Source of the DNA: Longimicrobiales bacterium
GTDB lineage: Bacteria; Gemmatimonadota; Gemmatimonadetes; Longimicrobiales; Gaopeijiaceae
Direction of reading: 5' to 3'
NCBI GenBank assembly: GCA_965248195.1
Contig: CBDFIQ010000001.1
Coordinates: forward strand, 1,434,658 to 1,498,657
DNA length: 64,000 nt
Below, piece after piece: positions 20,948 to 29,273 of this stretch; within the stretch, counting starts at the first letter, position 1, and each line of letters starts with the position of its first letter. Below the pieces are notes generated by a model. It was given only the letters and a program-made list of their open reading frames with translations, ran no database searches and was not told where the DNA came from. The position numbers and the translations under genes are program-made.

Positions 20948-21161
20948 ACTCTTGGACGAAGCGATCGACAGCCTTCGGCGAGATTCGGTAGTGCGCCTTG
21001 CCAGAGCGCGACACGTTTAGGACCCCGGGGGGCTTCAGGTGGCCTTCGTGGATCATCTTGAGTACGAAACCGGCGGACATCCCGCCGATGCGCTCGCCCG
21101 CCTGTTCCGTGCTGAGCCAGTTGTACTCCGCATCGTACTGCTCCAGGGTCTTCGTTCTCAT
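20919..21161 (-). CDS. Excisionase-like HTH protein
   Basis: 80 aa, WLSTEQAGERIG...YRIS...VDRF; directly upstream of the integrase. Confidence 0.75.
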   Translation of the reverse strand: MRTKTLEQYDAEYNWLSTEQAGERIGGMSAGFVLKMIHEGHLKPPGVLNVSRSGKAHYRISPKAVDRFVQECEELVGSGP

Positions 21162-21466
21162 CTCACCACGCTGCTTTCAGTAGCCCAAGGAGCCGGGCGC
21201 ACGCCCCTTCGTCCGGGCTCTGGTGCGATCCATTTTCCAGCCTCAAGCGCCCCAACTCCCCCGCGCTCCGCCAGAACCACGGTTCGTTACGTGTCTCTCT
21301 CATCATTACACTCCTTTGTGTACAGTTCGCCCCCACCCGCGAGCCCGAGCCGCCGCGTCCGGCAGAAGTCGGAGTTCGTGAGGCAGGTTCATCAGAACTC
21401 GAGCCCCGCCAACCTGGGCGTGTGAACCTTCCATCCCCAGAACGTTTCAATCAGTTCAGCCACAGC

Positions 21467-21931
21467 TCAGGCCGCCTCGTCGTGGTCGAACATGTCGACC
21501 TGCTGGCGCTGCCCGTTGACGAACTTCTCGGCGGCCTCCTCGATCGCATGGATCCGGTCGAACTGTACGGACGTGACATGCCCCTCTCCGGGATCGCCTT
21601 CTTCGGTGCGCTCACGAAGGTGCGGTGTGTTCAGGACCAGTGATCCGCAGCCGAGCGCCTTGACTGCGGTGATCACGAGTCCGATGCGACCGTCGTCGGC
21701 CTCGCGGTTGATCGCGAGCTTCGTGACCTCGAGTCCTTCCGTGTACTTCTTCGGCAACTCCAACAAACAGAGCACGTCGTCCTTAAACGCATCGAGCGCC
21801 TCGATGAATTCGGAGAGCGGCTCGTCCTCGGATGTGAGCGTGGCCTGAGCGATGTCGTTCTGGCCGTGGCTCGTGAGCTCCCAACTGAGATGAACCTTCC
21901 CGTTGTGCCGCTTGATCGTGCTGAACTGCAT
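21467..21931 (-). CDS. Phage hypothetical protein
   Basis: AGGAG RBS, ATG 21931 (MQFSTIKRH); part of the early operon. Confidence 0.65.
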   Translation of the reverse strand: MQFSTIKRHNGKVHLSWELTSHGQNDIAQATLTSEDEPLSEFIEALDAFKDDVLCLLELPKKYTEGLEVTKLAINREADDGRIGLVITAVKALGCGSLVLNTPHLRERTEEGDPGEGHVTSVQFDRIHAIEEAAEKFVNGQRQQVDMFDHDEAA

Positions 21932-21941
21932 GGCGCTCCTC

Positions 21942-22328
21942 CTACTGGAGTGAGAGCGTGGTCTGCCGAGCCGGGATCGGCTCAAGCACGAGATCCGCGC
22001 CTTGGTTGCCGCGAGCGATGACCTGCTTCGGCAGGCCCGTGTATTCGAAGTGCTTCTCCTTGTCGTCGATGATGTAGCCGCGCTTCGTGAGCCAGTCCTC
22101 GATCCACTTCATGCGGTTGAGCGCGTTGCCCTGGTCCATGCGGTTGTGGAGCCGGAGGGTCAACGTCGCCATAGCCTTATAGAACGGCTCGGGTGGTGGG
22201 GGCGGGAGTTTGCCGACGAGCTGCAGGCGGTCCAGGGTTTCCCAGTACCGCTTCTTGGCGAAGTGGTGCTTGCGCCAGTGGCCGCGGGCGTTGGCGCGGT
22301 TGGGGGGGAGTGGGAAGACGAATTTCAT
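21942..22328 (-). CDS. RusA-like Holliday junction resolvase/endonuclease
   Basis: FVFPLPPN, D.GN...KWIED.L...G.I.DD pattern. Confidence 0.7.
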   Translation of the reverse strand: MKFVFPLPPNRANARGHWRKHHFAKKRYWETLDRLQLVGKLPPPPPEPFYKAMATLTLRLHNRMDQGNALNRMKWIEDWLTKRGYIIDDKEKHFEYTGLPKQVIARGNQGADLVLEPIPARQTTLSLQ

Positions 22329-22437
22329 GAGCCGTGCCCCTTACGGTGGGCCTCGGCCACATCCCCGCGTACGGGCATGAGTACGAGCCCGATACCCACG
22401 AAGGAGATCCAGCCGAACAAGACGCCGAGAGCGGAGC

Positions 22438-22815
22438 TCACGCCCCCACCTCCTCCGCGACCGTCTCACGTGCCGCGCTGACGTCCTCAGCGAGTTTCAG
22501 GTCGACGCTCTCAGTGATTGGGGCCTTGCCGTTGCCGAGCCCCCTTCGCTCTACGGCATCACGCTCCTCGTCCATCTCATCGAGCATCTTCTCCAACTGA
22601 TTCCGCCACGGAACGCAGGACGCGGAAACGCCATCGAAAGACCCCTTCGAAGCCGTCTCTACGGCGCAGATGATCGCCCAACCCTTGGTCAAGAATTCGA
22701 CCGCGTTGGTCAGATCCTTTTGGACAGCCTCGACCGTTTGGACAGCCTCGACCGTCTTCTCAATCTGGGGTCCGGTGAATGTCTCAACTTCAGGTTTGAT
22801 CCGCGTCTTAGCCAT
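22438..22815 (-). CDS. Phage hypothetical protein
   Basis: 125-aa ORF with RBS in the early operon. Confidence 0.55.
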   Translation of the reverse strand: MAKTRIKPEVETFTGPQIEKTVEAVQTVEAVQKDLTNAVEFLTKGWAIICAVETASKGSFDGVSASCVPWRNQLEKMLDEMDEERDAVERRGLGNGKAPITESVDLKLAEDVSAARETVAEEVGA

Positions 22816-23167
22816 CAGTCCCCCTCAGAATGTCATCCATTTCGTGAGATCCCCTTCTTGAGCCGGTACGCAAACGCGGCGAGAAAAATGGCGCCGAGCC
22901 CTAGCGCGCCACCCAGGAATTTCAGGTAGGGCATTCAGCTTCCTCGTGGGTCAGGGGGCGGATACAGGTCGAGTACCTTGAGCAGCGTACCCAACCCGGT
23001 GGGCAGCTCCCGCTTTCCAGCCTGGAACCGCACAGTGCCCGTTGTTGCGTACAGGTCGGCCCACAGGGATGCATCGTTGGCCCACAACCACTTCCTCCAC
23101 GTCTTCAGCCTCAGCAGTCGGTCGTCGGACGCCCACGTGTCTGAGGATTCGACTGGCTGTAGCTGAA

Positions 23168-23239
23168 TAGCGGGGGGCGGACTCGAACCGCCGACCTTCG
23201 GGTTATGGGCCCGACGAGCTGCCGCTGCTCTACCCCGCA
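23168..23239 (-). tRNA. tRNA-Met(CAT), initiator-like, with C33 and no encoded CCA
   Basis: TGCGGGGTAGAGCAGCGGCAGCTCGTCGGGCCCATAACCCGAAGGTCGGCGGTTCGAGTCCGCCCCCCGCTA: forms a cloverleaf with a 1:72 mismatch, three G:C pairs in the anticodon stem and a GTTCGA T-loop. Confidence 0.88.
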
Positions 23240-23252
23240 TATATTTCACCGC

Positions 23253-24320
23253 TTAGGCCCCGATGGCCTTCTTCTGAAGGTCCTTGATTGCGGCACGGAC
23301 GCCGGGGCCGTCCTCGTCCTTTATCAGCTGCTCGAAGCTATCGGCGTCCTCGAACTCGACGTCGTACTTGTCCATGAGGTCGCGGAGCTTCTCGATATCG
23401 CCAGATGTAGCGGGCCCGCCGTCGTCGCCCTTGTCCACGGGGTCGGCTTGCGCCTCTCTCTTTGTTGCCAACTCACCGTCAAGGGCTGCCGCTCCGTCGG
23501 TGGGTGAGCCGCCAGGCATCGCGAAGTGTTCCTCGCGCCTGGAATGACCGTCGTTGACGGACGTGTAGACGCCCCGGAGCTTGACGATCTCCTCATCGGT
23601 GACGATGTCGAGCGAGTGACCGAGGTACGCCTGGATCATCTCAGTCGTCACGCCGAGATCCGCGAACGCCAGCGAGAGCCGACGCGCTGCCTCCTCGCCA
23701 GTCTGGCCTTCGATCTCACCCTTGGCTGCGCGGATCATCGTGTCCTTCGCGACCCGCACCGCTTCGTCGACTATGTCGGGCGGCATGACCTGCAGGACCG
23801 AATTCCGCACACAGATGGCGCCCCGCTTGTTGATCAACTCACGGAGGTCCCGCTCGTCGGGCACCACCCAACCCCGGTTCTTGCGTTGGATGAGCTTCCT
23901 GAACTTGTCCTCATTCTCGACGTACGCGTTCGTCTCCAGGTCGAGTGCCCAGCCCTTGACGTGAACGTAGTAGTCGTCGATCGAGACGATCCGAAGCCCG
24001 TGCCTGATGTTGCCCCAGCAGCGCGCCAGTTCCCGCGCCATCTTGACGCTAGGGCCCTCGATCGCCTTGCCCCCGCGTTCGAAGGTGTAGAAGCCGCCTT
24101 CGGCGAACGACGGCCGCTGCGCGCTCTTGATGATCTTCGTGTGGGCAGCGAATTCGTCCCGGGGGAAGTTCTTCGCTACTACGATGGCCGCTTTGATTTC
24201 AGACTCCTCCCGTGCGACCGTGGCGACGGCGCCAGCCTCACTTTCGACCATGCTATTCGGTCCGGATTCGAACCCGACCGCAGCGTCTTGCCTGGTGACT
24301 ACTTCCGTTCCTCCACTCAT
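23253..24320 (-). CDS. Phage protein, probable single-strand annealing/recombination protein
   Basis: FPRD...IEGPSVKMARELARCWGN motif; coupled to the RecE-like exonuclease gene. Function inferred from context. Confidence 0.55.
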   Translation of the reverse strand: MSGGTEVVTRQDAAVGFESGPNSMVESEAGAVATVAREESEIKAAIVVAKNFPRDEFAAHTKIIKSAQRPSFAEGGFYTFERGGKAIEGPSVKMARELARCWGNIRHGLRIVSIDDYYVHVKGWALDLETNAYVENEDKFRKLIQRKNRGWVVPDERDLRELINKRGAICVRNSVLQVMPPDIVDEAVRVAKDTMIRAAKGEIEGQTGEEAARRLSLAFADLGVTTEMIQAYLGHSLDIVTDEEIVKLRGVYTSVNDGHSRREEHFAMPGGSPTDGAAALDGELATKREAQADPVDKGDDGGPATSGDIEKLRDLMDKYDVEFEDADSFEQLIKDEDGPGVRAAIKDLQKKAIGA

Positions 24321-25312
24321 GTCAGGTCCCCCTCTCGCATGTCTCTGGTCCAGGCATAATCGGGCCTGGTGATGTTCACGATGCCACGTCCATATCCGGG
24401 CCAGTCGCCCGACTCCACACACTCGACGAACATGCCGAGCAGCGCACCTATCTCCCTCTCGCCCGCATCCAAGTCGTTGTCATGGAGTCGGTAGACGACG
24501 GGCTCCCACGGCTCGCTGGATTCCACGACGACAAACGCGTGGTGTCGGTGGTCGAAGTCGAGCGCCTGAAGTACCATCCTTTGGAACGCCCCCTTCAGGT
24601 GGTATCCCAGGTCGTCGATGACCTTACTGAACGCCCATTCAGATCCGTCTCGGGCAGTCTTGAAGTTGCAGTTCGTGCCCAACTTCGGAGCCAACTTGTC
24701 GGGCCGGATCTTGCAGAGAAGACCGGTCGTCGAGTCCCTCCAAATACCGACAGCTTCGACAGGGCCTTCCTCTTCCAGCAGCTCGCGAGCCTCCGGGTAG
24801 GACCGGACCCTTCGTCTCATGCCGATCACGTTTGTGTATTCGGATTCAGTCAGAATCTCTTTTTCGGTGTCCAATAGGTCCGGCTCCAAGCTCCTGATAT
24901 GCGTGCCGCAGAGATGGTCGCCGTCGACGTGGAGCTGCGATGCCTGGCTGGTGCAGCGTGTCCCCTTGCCCGTGATCACCTGACATTGCCCCAAGCAGGC
25001 GTAGCGCTCCAGAAAGTCATGCTCCTCGAGCGTCAGGCTATGGGTGGCGGACCCCAGCTTCTGGGCTGCTGTGGATTCAATCTGATTGATCATCTCGTGC
25101 CTCACGTGAGCCAGCGACCTCTTGCGGAGTCTGACTTGGCGCAAGAGCACGAGCAGTGATCCCGAGATGACGGGTTCGCATTCGATCAAGTCCCCGGTGT
25201 CGGGATCCGGGACCGGCCTTCCAATGTCCAGGTACTCCTCCATGGAAAGGCCGTAGTGCCAGCCGACCTCGATTGCGGTGGCGGGCTCCGGATCCATCGT
25301 CGCCGTGCTCAT
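24317..25312 (-). CDS. PD-(D/E)XK exonuclease (RecE/exonuclease VIII, DUF3799-like)
   Basis: LGSATH, CKIRPDKL..NFKT, GYHLKGAF, FVVVE and WPGY motifs. Confidence 0.8.
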   Translation of the reverse strand: MSTATMDPEPATAIEVGWHYGLSMEEYLDIGRPVPDPDTGDLIECEPVISGSLLVLLRQVRLRKRSLAHVRHEMINQIESTAAQKLGSATHSLTLEEHDFLERYACLGQCQVITGKGTRCTSQASQLHVDGDHLCGTHIRSLEPDLLDTEKEILTESEYTNVIGMRRRVRSYPEARELLEEEGPVEAVGIWRDSTTGLLCKIRPDKLAPKLGTNCNFKTARDGSEWAFSKVIDDLGYHLKGAFQRMVLQALDFDHRHHAFVVVESSEPWEPVVYRLHDNDLDAGEREIGALLGMFVECVESGDWPGYGRGIVNITRPDYAWTRDMREGDLT

Positions 25313-25689
25313 CGAACCGCTTCCCACTCGCGCACGAAGTCTTGCCAGGTGGGGCAATCCCTGAGCTTCACTGAGCGCTGATGCAGGGCAACCCAGGCCG
25401 CGACCTTCGCTTCCGATCCGTAGCATGAAGCCGGCGGCACGTTCCTGAGCCAACGCAGGATGTCCTCAATGCAGTGCCGGTTTCGGTCGTCCGCGCTCCG
25501 AAAGGTGCCGAACAGATCGCCCACGAGCACAGCGTATAGGAACGAGCCGACCGACCTGCCGTGCTCCACGTATTCGATCAGAGCATCGATCGTGTATTCC
25601 GGGATTGCCGACCAGGCTTGCTGTCTCAGTGGGATACGGCCGTTCATTCCACCTTCGGGCACGAGGGCCCGCTCCTTGACCTCATTCAT
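25309..25689 (-). CDS. Phage hypothetical protein
   Basis: Coupled ORF containing YVEHG..GSFL.AVL...A.D..N...P...GS. Confidence 0.6.
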   Translation of the reverse strand: MNEVKERALVPEGGMNGRIPLRQQAWSAIPEYTIDALIEYVEHGRSVGSFLYAVLVGDLFGTFRSADDRNRHCIEDILRWLRNVPPASCYGSEAKVAAWVALHQRSVKLRDCPTWQDFVREWEAVR

Positions 25690-26071
25690 TCAGGCCTCCA
25701 GCCATCATCCGTTCCCAAGCCTCGGTGCCCTCACGGACGTTGTCCTCGTACTTGAGGATGAGGGCGCGGGCGCGTGACAGGGGATGCTCGGGCGGGTCCG
25801 CGTACGCTTCGCCCGGCTGGAAGTCTCCGTACAGGGCCACGAGGTCCCTGGCCGCGTCCAGCAACTCCCCCGCCACCTCGAACAGACACGCGTTGGCCAA
25901 CGCCTCATCGTCGCGCATCGCCGGTCCCACCTCCGCGATCGACTCCATGCCCCGGAGATCATCCGTCTTGGCCACGTAGAGTTCGGCGTGGTGCAGCGGG
26001 TCGCGGGGCCGGTATGGGGCGGGGGAGTGGGCGCTCACGATCTGGCGGGGCTCATCACGTGGAAGGCTCAT
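25682..26071 (-). CDS. Phage hypothetical protein
   Basis: Coupled ORF with an ANACL...ELL.A motif common in phage early genes. Confidence 0.5.
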   Translation of the reverse strand: MSLPRDEPRQIVSAHSPAPYRPRDPLHHAELYVAKTDDLRGMESIAEVGPAMRDDEALANACLFEVAGELLDAARDLVALYGDFQPGEAYADPPEHPLSRARALILKYEDNVREGTEAWERMMAGGLNE

Positions 26072-26096
26072 GGCGCACCTAACGCCTTCGTGCGAT

Positions 26097-26579
26097 TCAA
26101 CGCCCACGAAGCCTGAAAGAACGACGGGCCGATGTCTTTGCAATCGAAGCCTTCCACCTTGAACAGGTCCCACGGATCGTCCATGCCCATGATTTCGGGG
26201 TGCTCCGGAATGAGCGAATCCGCTCCACCAGCTCGTCCGCCGTGGCTGAATACGCGACGAAGCGGTCGCTCATGGCTAGACGTCCCACCCCTCGCCCTGC
26301 ACTCTCGATGCGCCTAGCTTCGGCGCGCAAAGACTCTCGGGAACGCTGGATAAGCCTATCGCCAACCCACATATGAACGGCGACGATCAAGAACGACATT
26401 ACGACGCCCCACGCGAGCATCAGGGCTATCAGCACGCGCTGGGGGAGATCGAACACAAAGGCGGCACCGATCCCAACGCAAACGAGAGTCCCAACGACTA
26501 CGATCCACTTGGGGAATCCGGCCATGTCAGACCAAGCGTGGGCGGATGTCACTTCGGCCTCCCGTAGGCGCTCCATCAC
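26097..26579 (-). CDS. Phage hypothetical membrane protein
   Basis: Two hydrophobic segments; may be two fused ORFs. Confidence 0.4.
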   Translation of the reverse strand: MMERLREAEVTSAHAWSDMAGFPKWIVVVGTLVCVGIGAAFVFDLPQRVLIALMLAWGVVMSFLIVAVHMWVGDRLIQRSRESLRAEARRIESAGRGVGRLAMSDRFVAYSATADELVERIRSFRSTPKSWAWTIRGTCSRWKASIAKTSARRSFRLRGR

Positions 26580-26673
26580 GAGAGTCCGCCTTCCATGCTT
26601 CGCCTCAGGGCGTCGCGTCTCCGCGCCGAGCTCACGGCGCCGCCTCCGTCTCCGCCAGCACTCGCTCGCTCAT

Positions 26674-26785
26674 GGACGCGACGGTCCGCTGGGCAACTGA
26701 AGCACTGGTCCGTCTGCCGGACGCAGTTCAGCTATTTCAAACAGGTGCCGGGCCGTCGTGAGCGCGACATCCTGCAGGGGTCGCA
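26674..26785. repeat. 112-bp direct repeat, copy 1 (copy 2 at 27720-27831)
   Basis: Identical sequence ggacgcgacgg...caggggtcgca at both positions. Confidence 0.95.
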
Positions 26786-27429
26786 ACAGAGAGCCCGCCA
26801 ACTGGTGGACGAGCGGAACTGGCTCATCCACAGGTGCCGGTCGGACCACCGCCACGCTGTTCGGCCCGGGCGGTCTGCTGACGCTCTTCTCGAGCGGTTG
26901 GACCGCATACACGAGCTCGCGCTCCCTGTCTACCACACGATCGGCGAGGCGGTCCGGCAGTACGTGCTGGCTCATGGCGTTGACCCGCTGGAAATCGACA
27001 GGGAGTTCTTGCGCGATCTCTTTGGCGACGAGAGATAGGCGGAAATCAGCGCACGGACCCACGCGGCCTCAATCTCAGCCACCGTCAGAAAGTCGCCCCG
27101 CTCTCGGGCCCTCAGCAGCGTCACAAGTAGTTCCGGATAGTGCTCGGCTAGCCAGGAGTCGAGGCGCAGGTCGGCGGACATCGAGCCGGCTCCGTCTCTC
27201 CCGTGTGCGCGTACCGGATGGTCGCAGTTCGATCTTCGGTCGCTCGGGCCGGGCCCCCTCACGGCGCCGCCTCCGTCTCCGCCAGCACGCGCTCGCTCAT
27301 GGACGAGAAGGCTCCCCCGCTGATACGATCAGCGTCGCCAAACAACCGATCAGCCATCAACGGAGGAGCCTCCTGTGAGCGTTCTGAGCACCGGCGAGAA
27401 ACCGATGGACCGCGAATACCAACGCGCAC

Positions 27430-27681
27430 TCATCCCTCACCCCCCGCCAGCACCACGCGGGCGAGTTCGGCGAGCCTCCAATGCTCCCAGTCGCCGCCCC
27501 ATCGCTCGGCACGCTCCGTGTCACCGCCCCAGGAGTCGTACTCCGGTTCCATCTCGGGCGCGTCCCGGACGATCTCGCGCAGACACGCCAACATCTCCGG
27601 CGCGGCGGCGATCAGCCGGGCGTTCGCCCTGCAACGCTCCAGTGACAGGGCTTCGGGGGTCAGAGTGTGCGCCGCATTCAC
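27430..27681 (-). CDS. Phage hypothetical protein
   Basis: ANARLIAAAPEMLACL motif. Confidence 0.6.
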   Translation of the reverse strand: MNAAHTLTPEALSLERCRANARLIAAAPEMLACLREIVRDAPEMEPEYDSWGGDTERAERWGGDWEHWRLAELARVVLAGGEG

Positions 27682-27682
27682 G

Positions 27683-27985
27683 CTATTCGTTCCTTTTCCG
27701 CTTCCGCGTCGGTGCTGCGGGACGCGACGGTCCGCTGGGCAACTGAAGCACTGGTCCGTCTGCCGGACGCAGTTCAGCTATTTCAAACAGGTGCCGGGCC
27801 GTCGTGAGCGCGACATCCTGCAGGGGTCGCATCCGCAAGTAGCCGATCGGGCGGTGTGTGGCCTCGATGCTCGCGAGCGTCAGCCAGTGCTCGCCCTCTC
27901 GGTTCACGTTCTCCACGATCACCGTCGCCGTGCCAAACTCCGCGTCCTTGACGATCTGAATCCGGCCATGCTCGCCCGCACTCAT
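27683..27985 (-). CDS. Phage hypothetical protein (3' part contains the 112-bp repeat)
   Basis: Coupled to the cro-like gene by an ATGA overlap. Confidence 0.55.
   Translation of the reverse strand: MSAGEHGRIQIVKDAEFGTATVIVENVNREGEHWLTLASIEATHRPIGYLRMRPLQDVALTTARHLFEIAELRPADGPVLQLPSGPSRPAAPTRKRKRNE
27720..27831. repeat. 112-bp direct repeat, copy 2
   Basis: Identical to 26674-26785. Confidence 0.95.
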
Positions 27986-28221
27986 CCCTCACCCGCCAGC
28001 ACCCGCTCGCGCGCCTCGGTGGCCGCCTTCTCCGCCGCTTCGAGCCTGTCAAGCGTGGCGTTGACCCTGGCCTCGAAACCCTCGGGGGGGTCGCGACGAC
28101 CGTTCATGTAGGCGCTCAGAAGCGTCGGGTGAATCCCCAAGTACTCGGCGAGATCCACGTACCGAACGCCCATCTCAGCGATGCGGCCTCGGAGCCTAGA
28201 AAGCATAAGATTTCTTATCAT
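27982..28221 (-). CDS. Cro-like XRE HTH regulator
   Basis: DLAEYLGIHPTLLSAYMNG HTH; divergent from cI. Confidence 0.8.
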   Translation of the reverse strand: MIRNLMLSRLRGRIAEMGVRYVDLAEYLGIHPTLLSAYMNGRRDPPEGFEARVNATLDRLEAAEKAATEARERVLAGEG

Positions 28222-28228
28222 GGCGGCG

Positions 28229-28257
28229 ATAATAAGCACTCTTATGGCAAATGTCAA
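28229..28257 (-). promoter_or_regulatory. Consensus-like sigma70 promoter for cro (probably a leaderless mRNA)
   Basis: TTGACA-17 nt-TATTAT-7 nt-ATG(28221) on the minus strand. Confidence 0.75.
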
Positions 28258-28269
28258 TATCTTTGTTAC

Positions 28270-29145
28270 ATGGGATATTCGGATCGGCTCACGATCAGCG
28301 AGAGGACACGCCGTGTTAGGGGTGCGCGAAGTGCCAGCGATGTGGCGCGATCCGCAGGGATCGCTCAGGCGTCCATGTCGCAGTTTGAGCGAGCGGTGCA
28401 CGAACCGTTGGCGGGTACACTGAGCCGGATCGCCAAGGCGCTGAATGTAAGCTCGGATTACCTGGTTGGCCTGACCGACGACCCGACACCCGCCGACGAG
28501 AGAACACGTGAGGTCAACGACCGGGTACGTGAAGCTGAGGAGAGAGCAACCCGCGAAGCCGAGGAGCGAGCGCAGGAAGCCGAGGAGCGCGCCGAGGCGA
28601 CCGTTGCCCGGATACGCCGGGAGGAGGCGCGGAACCGCCAGCAGCTGGAGGCCGCGCTAGAACGCACCGAGGAGGAGCTGGAGCGGCTGCGGGCACGGGT
28701 GGGCCAGGTGGCGACTGACGGCCTTACGGACGAGACCGATCCCGACGCGGAGCCCATTCCGGTCCATCGACTCCAGACTGCGGCGGGCAGCGGCGCTTTC
28801 AACCTGGACGAGACGGTCAAGACCTACGCCTACTTTCGCAGCGAGTGGCTGTTCAGGAAGGGGCTCGCCGCCGACCGCTGTAACATCATCGGCGTCGCGG
28901 GAGAGTCGATGGATCCCACGCTGCCCGACGGCTGCGTCATCCTTGTCGACCGCAACCGAACCAAGCGGTACCGGGGACACATCTTCGTGGTACGCACGGA
29001 GGACGGCCTGGTGGTCAAGCGCGCGGGCAAGGACGAGGGCGGCGGCTGGCAGCTGGTTAGCGATCACCCTGAGTGGAAACCGCAGCCGTGGCCGGACGGA
29101 GCGGAGGTGATTGGAGAAGTGAAATGGATGGCGAGGGAGTTGTGA
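28270..29145 (+). CDS. CI-like repressor: XRE HTH, coiled coil and S24 peptidase
   Basis: HTH (DVARSAGIAQASMSQFER...VSSDYL), AAG cleavage site, GESMDP catalytic Ser and VVKR catalytic Lys. Confidence 0.9.
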   Translation: MGYSDRLTISERTRRVRGARSASDVARSAGIAQASMSQFERAVHEPLAGTLSRIAKALNVSSDYLVGLTDDPTPADERTREVNDRVREAEERATREAEERAQEAEERAEATVARIRREEARNRQQLEAALERTEEELERLRARVGQVATDGLTDETDPDAEPIPVHRLQTAAGSGAFNLDETVKTYAYFRSEWLFRKGLAADRCNIIGVAGESMDPTLPDGCVILVDRNRTKRYRGHIFVVRTEDGLVVKRAGKDEGGGWQLVSDHPEWKPQPWPDGAEVIGEVKWMAREL

Positions 29146-29246
29146 GGGGGCGCACCGAGGGTTTGGTTGAGCCTAACTTCTCTTGGGGTTTACCCCTTCC
29201 GGCGTACGAGCCGCAACCGCTCGACGATCGAGCCCGAATCATGGGC

Positions 29247-29273
29247 CGCGTCGTCTGGTGGGCGCACACGGAT
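29247..29273 (+). repeat. 27-bp repeat encoding a repressor-like C-terminus (RVVWWAHTD), copy 1
   Basis: CGCGTCGTCTGGTGGGCGCACACGGAT is identical at 37772-37798; 20 bp also match at 44811-44830. Confidence 0.9.

Noticed and set aside
22935..23249. 104-aa ORF starting MKYMRGRAAAARRAHNPK
   Set aside because: Its 5' part is a translation through the tRNA gene; only the 3' half may be coding.
26674..27831. 112-bp repeat pair as the template and variable repeats of a diversity-generating retroelement
   Set aside because: The copies are identical (no adenine-specific mismatches) and there is no reverse transcriptase in the window.
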